8,419 nt of DNA from Promethearchaeia archaeon (GTDB lineage Archaea; Asgardarchaeota; Lokiarchaeia; Sigyniarchaeales; SOKP01): the NCBI GenBank assembly GCA_046497275.1, contig JAWOFX010000173.1, positions 1 to 8,419 of the forward strand, written 5' to 3'. The position numbers and the translations under genes are program-made. Of this stretch, positions 5,458-8,419 are shown in pieces. Position 1 is the first letter of the stretch. Each line of letters begins with the position of its first letter. The notes below the pieces were generated by a model that made no database searches, was not told where the DNA came from, and saw nothing but the letters and a program-made list of their open reading frames with translations.

Positions 5458-6132
5458 TTAAATTATATTAAACATAATTTCATAGAAAGTTATTACTCTG
5501 CTTACAATTATCCAAGCAAAAAGAGATTCTTTAGCTATTGATATAAGATTATCTGAGAGATCTAAGATATTATTAGAAAACGCAGCTTTTTGAAAGCCAC
5601 CGATTATTAGTGCATAATCCTTTGATATTCCTCGTTCATATAAATGCTTAAATGATTTAATTTGTTTTCCTTGTTCTGATAAGATTATTTTTTCTTTATC
5701 TTCAAATTCGGACAATTTTTCGTTCAGTGATTTGGAGACAGGCGCGATGAGAAATTCTTTCTCAGTTTTAATCCCATCATCTATAAGCAATTTGGCCATT
5801 AATCCCTTAAATCTATTAAAATTCTTAGTTATCCGAATTTTTGGATTAAACTCAAATAATCGGTTTTTTACAGTATGAACAAATATTCTTAATTGTCCAG
5901 ATTTATTTAGTGGAGAGCCTAAAGCATTTAGTAAGCAGAGATGCACTATGTCAGGTCTTCCACGCTTATTATGATTTTTTAGGCGCCTCATCGCGGAGTG
6001 ATGGAGAGCATTATCTAATAATTGGGAATAATAATTATTCATAGACAAATTTCTTTTCACTGCTGGATGACTTCGTATCCGCTTTGGGATCAATTCCAAT
6101 CCGCACTCAACTAAAAAAATTGTAAGCGTCAT
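5458..6132 (-). CDS. nep1: Nep1/Emg1 SSU rRNA pseudouridine N1-methyltransferase (SPOUT)
   Basis: Motifs KRGRPDIVHLCLL, GSPLNKSG, RITKNFNRFKGLM and IIGGF. ATG 6132 (MTLTIFLVECGLELIP) resembles typical Nep1 N-termini, so it is preferred to the ORF-track TTG at 6159. Confidence 0.92.
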   Translation of the reverse strand: MTLTIFLVECGLELIPKRIRSHPAVKRNLSMNNYYSQLLDNALHHSAMRRLKNHNKRGRPDIVHLCLLNALGSPLNKSGQLRIFVHTVKNRLFEFNPKIRITKNFNRFKGLMAKLLIDDGIKTEKEFLIAPVSKSLNEKLSEFEDKEKIILSEQGKQIKSFKHLYERGISKDYALIIGGFQKAAFSNNILDLSDNLISIAKESLFAWIIVSRVITFYEIMFNII

Positions 6133-6161
6133 GAATAATAAGATAATTAGGATATTCAAGA

Positions 6162-6494
6162 TTATATATTTTGGTTCTTGGTATGAATGAAATATCTCGT
6201 TTGATGATTACATTCTAGACATGTAACTGTGAGATGAGAAGCTTTTCCTTTTCTTGATTGGAGTCTAACCCGGCAATTGATTCCTGGATAAAGGAATCTT
6301 TTGCATTTATGACAAATTCTATGCTTCCATTCTTTAGGGATTTTAATTTTAGCACGTTGGGCATATCTCATAGCCAAGTCAGCATAGTGATTAGCACGTT
6401 CACTATTTTCAGGGAAAACCTCATTTGCTAAATGAAAGAGATAGAGCATCCGACTTTTTGCGATTTTTTGTGCAATTCCTTTAAAATTTGTCAT
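6162..6494 (-). CDS. rnp4: Ribonuclease P protein component 4 (Rpp21)
   Basis: N-terminal helices (IAKSRMLYLFHLA...A.RYA.RA) followed by the zinc ribbon CHKC...CLEC with RICHKCKRFLYPG and RVRL. Confidence 0.93.
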   Translation of the reverse strand: MTNFKGIAQKIAKSRMLYLFHLANEVFPENSERANHYADLAMRYAQRAKIKIPKEWKHRICHKCKRFLYPGINCRVRLQSRKGKASHLTVTCLECNHQTRYFIHTKNQNI

Positions 6495-6521
6495 AATTTT
6501 AGGAAAAACGTGAAAATAAGA

Positions 6522-6797
6522 TTATTTTATATCTATTGGAGTTTTTGAGAGAATTATGATTCTCCCCCTTAAATCTAATAAATATGAGTCAGTCTTTTGA
6601 GCTATAAGATTTGCAAGTTTATCAATTTTCATATCATGCAGAGCAGTTTTCAAGATTTTAATTTTAATTATTTTATGTGTTTTTAACAGTTGATTCACAT
6701 GATTTATAAATCCTTCATTATTATGAAGGCCTTTCTTGCCTAAAATAGTATGCGGGTCACTTAATAGAACGTTTTTAAATTTTGTTTTTTCATCCAT
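6522..6797 (-). CDS. yhbY: YhbY/CRM-domain RNA-binding protein
   Basis: A single domain of about 90 aa with ILGKKGL, LLKTHKIIKIKILK and LLDLRGRIIILSK, lying next to rnp4. Confidence 0.85.
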   Translation of the reverse strand: MDEKTKFKNVLLSDPHTILGKKGLHNNEGFINHVNQLLKTHKIIKIKILKTALHDMKIDKLANLIAQKTDSYLLDLRGRIIILSKTPIDIK

Positions 6798-6836
6798 TGA
6801 AAAGAGCCTTTATTGAGTCTACAATAAAATTTTTAA

Positions 6837-6844
6837 TTTATATA
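6837..6844. promoter_or_regulatory. Candidate TATA box in the divergent yhbY / rps19e intergenic region
   Basis: TTTATATA on + (TATATAAA on -), about 40 nt from the yhbY ATG and 55 nt from the rps19e ATG. Other AT-rich candidates exist nearby. Confidence 0.4.
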
Positions 6845-6898
6845 CGATTTTAATAATTTAATAAAGAACGGATAAGTAAAAAATATCATTGAATAACG

Positions 6899-7327
6899 AT
6901 GTCAATTTACATTGTTAAACCTAATACACTCATCGGAGCAGTGGCTGAAAAATTGAAAGAATATCCTACCATTCAACCTCCAGAGGGTAGTGAGTATTGG
7001 AAAACTGCATATTATAAAGAGATAGCACCTATTGACTCAGATAACTTTTGGTATGTAAGAGCAGCATCTATTCTACGAAAGGTTAGGAAATATGGGCCGA
7101 TTGGTGTAAATCGATTAAGGAAATATTATGGAGGAAGATATAGAGATAAGCGTGGTAAGTCAAAGAGTGCAAAAGGTTCAGGAAAAATAATTCGCCTTAT
7201 ACTTCAACAATTAGAAGAAGCTAATCTTATAACTCAAAAAGAAAAGGAAGGGAGGATACTTACTCCAGAAGGAATTAGCTTTTTGGAACGAAGTGCGTAT
7301 GAAATTTTAAGGAAAAAGAATAAATAA
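6899..7327 (+). CDS. rps19e: 30S ribosomal protein eS19
   Basis: FWYVRAASILRK, GPIGVNRLRKYYGG, KGSGKIIRLILQQLE and GRILTPEG match eS19. Confidence 0.97.
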   Translation: MSIYIVKPNTLIGAVAEKLKEYPTIQPPEGSEYWKTAYYKEIAPIDSDNFWYVRAASILRKVRKYGPIGVNRLRKYYGGRYRDKRGKSKSAKGSGKIIRLILQQLEEANLITQKEKEGRILTPEGISFLERSAYEILRKKNK

Positions 7328-7357
7328 AAACAATAATCATCTAATTTGTGATTGAAT

Positions 7358-7699
7358 ATGAGTGATGATGAAGAACGATTAAATGAATTACGAAAGAGAA
7401 AGCTTGAAGAATTGAAAAATCAAGCAATGCAAAACCAAATGGCGGAAGAACAACAACAAGCATTTGAACAACAGAAATATCAAATTATGAGGAAAATTCT
7501 CTCACAAAAAGGTCGTCAACGCTTGGAAAATATCCGAATGGTCAAACCAGAGTTTGCCGAACAAATTGAATTACAACTGATTCAATTATTCCAAGCTGGA
7601 CGTATTAGAAATCAAATGTCTGATAAAGACTTTAAAAAACTGTTAGAAAAAATTACCAATTCAAATAAGAAAAAAGATTTTAAGATTAAAAAACTATAA
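7358..7699 (+). CDS. PDCD5-like DNA-binding protein (TFAR19 family)
   Basis: LRKRKLEEL...ILSQKGRQRLENIRMVKPEFAEQIELQLIQL in its usual position after rps19e. ATG 7358 is preferred to the ORF-track TTG at 7352. Confidence 0.92.
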   Translation: MSDDEERLNELRKRKLEELKNQAMQNQMAEEQQQAFEQQKYQIMRKILSQKGRQRLENIRMVKPEFAEQIELQLIQLFQAGRIRNQMSDKDFKKLLEKITNSNKKKDFKIKKL

Positions 7700-7712
7700 A
7701 CTCGTGAAAATT

Positions 7713-7874
7713 ATGGCAAGAAATAAAGATCATGCATCTAAGATAAGAAGAGGAAAAAAGATTCGACAGAATAGATCTGTTCCTAGTTGGGTTACCATGA
7801 AAACGGGTGGAAAAGTCCGTAGTAGTCCACAAACTAGAAGAGAATGGAGAAATAATAAATTAAAATTAGATTAA
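7713..7874 (+). CDS. rpl39e: 50S ribosomal protein eL39 (53 aa, not in the ORF track)
   Basis: Manual translation gives MARNKDHASKIRRGKKIRQNRSVPSWVTMKTGGKVRSSPQTRREWRNNKLKLD*. QNRSVPSWV and RREWR are eL39 signatures, and the position before rpl31e is canonical. Confidence 0.95.
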   Translation: MARNKDHASKIRRGKKIRQNRSVPSWVTMKTGGKVRSSPQTRREWRNNKLKLD

Positions 7875-7890
7875 TTTTAAAACGTAAATT

Positions 7891-7896
7891 AGGTGA
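7891..7896 (+). promoter_or_regulatory. Shine-Dalgarno-like site for rpl31e
   Basis: AGGTGA lies 5 nt before the ATG at 7902. Confidence 0.65.
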
Positions 7897-7901
7897 TTTA
7901 A

Positions 7902-8372
7902 ATGGCGAAAAAGAGAAAAGAAATTAGCTTAGACGACTTAGAAGAGGAATTAGCCGAAGAAGGAGAGGAGCTGGAAGAAGTCGAAGAAGAAGCTGAAATC
8001 GAAGAGATTGAAGAATTTAGTTTAGAAGAAATCAGTGCGGAAGAAGAAGTGGGAGAGGTTTTCGAGGAAGAAATTGTTGAGGAAACAGAAGTTGAAGAGG
8101 AAATTATCCCTGAAGAAGAGATTATTGATGAGAGAATTTACACCGTTCCTTTAAAACTTGCTCGAAAAGGTCCAAGAACTAAATGGGCTAAAAAGTCAAT
8201 AAGATATCTGAGAGAATTTGGAACACGACACATGAAACCTGAGTACTTATTAATAAGCCAAGAGGTTAACGAGAGGGTTTTTAGTCGCGGGATGCAGAAA
8301 CCCCCCAGAAAGCTTCGAGTGCGAATTACAAAAGATATTAACGGTTTATGTATTATATATTTGGCGGAATAA
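7902..8372 (+). CDS. rpl31e: 50S ribosomal protein eL31 with a long acidic N-terminal extension
   Basis: The core ERIYTVPL...WAKKSIRYLREF...EVNERVFSRGMQKPPRKLRVR starts at about aa 77. Aa 11-77 are Glu/Asp-rich. Confidence 0.95.
   Translation: MAKKRKEISLDDLEEELAEEGEELEEVEEEAEIEEIEEFSLEEISAEEEVGEVFEEEIVEETEVEEEIIPEEEIIDERIYTVPLKLARKGPRTKWAKKSIRYLREFGTRHMKPEYLLISQEVNERVFSRGMQKPPRKLRVRITKDINGLCIIYLAE
7932..8132 (+). repeat. Low-complexity Glu-rich coding tract (GAA/GAG-rich)
   Basis: 39 of 67 residues (aa 11-77) are D/E with no K/R, arranged as recurring EE/EEE plus hydrophobic-residue units. Confidence 0.85.
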
Positions 8373-8419
8373 TTTGTATTTCTATTACTGATTCATTCAT
8401 TATCTTTTTTTAAAAATGT

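Noticed and set aside
6133-6159. Hydrophobic N-terminal extension of Nep1 from the TTG start
   Set aside because: Similarity to Nep1 begins at ATG 6132. The extra nine codons are probably intergenic.
8373-8419. Start of eIF6 (usually follows rpl31e) at ATG 8416, or a T7 terminator at 8405-8411
   Set aside because: The window ends after one codon, so neither can be supported.
1-8419. CRISPR array, IS element or rRNA
   Set aside because: No regularly spaced direct repeats, transposase ORF, terminal inverted repeats or rRNA-like GC-rich segment were seen.

Overview
AT-rich archaeal window. A Lokiarchaeia/Asgard-like origin is an inference from gene content and protein style; no search was run. 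Left to right: the C-terminal tail of an unknown ORF; a free-standing two-motif LAGLIDADG endonuclease-like gene ending 2 nt from the 3' end of a convergent tRNA-Phe(GAA) that is split by three short non-canonical BHB-type introns (19/20, 30/31, 58/59); an ICMT/PEMT-family membrane methyltransferase; a coupled minus-strand DNA-repair pair (SplB-like radical SAM protein with a PolX-type N-terminal-like helical domain and PIP-box-like C-terminus, plus an AlkD-like glycosylase); a tRNA-Gly(TCC) with a D-loop intron; an unknown multi-pass membrane protein; a minus-strand yhbY-rnp4(Rpp21)-nep1 RNA-maturation cluster; and, divergent from it, rps19e-PDCD5-rpl39e-rpl31e. rpl39e is missing from the ORF track, and eL31 carries a very acidic N-terminal extension. 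The best candidates for something new are the triple-intron tRNA beside an apparently intact homing endonuclease, and the radical SAM/AlkD repair module.
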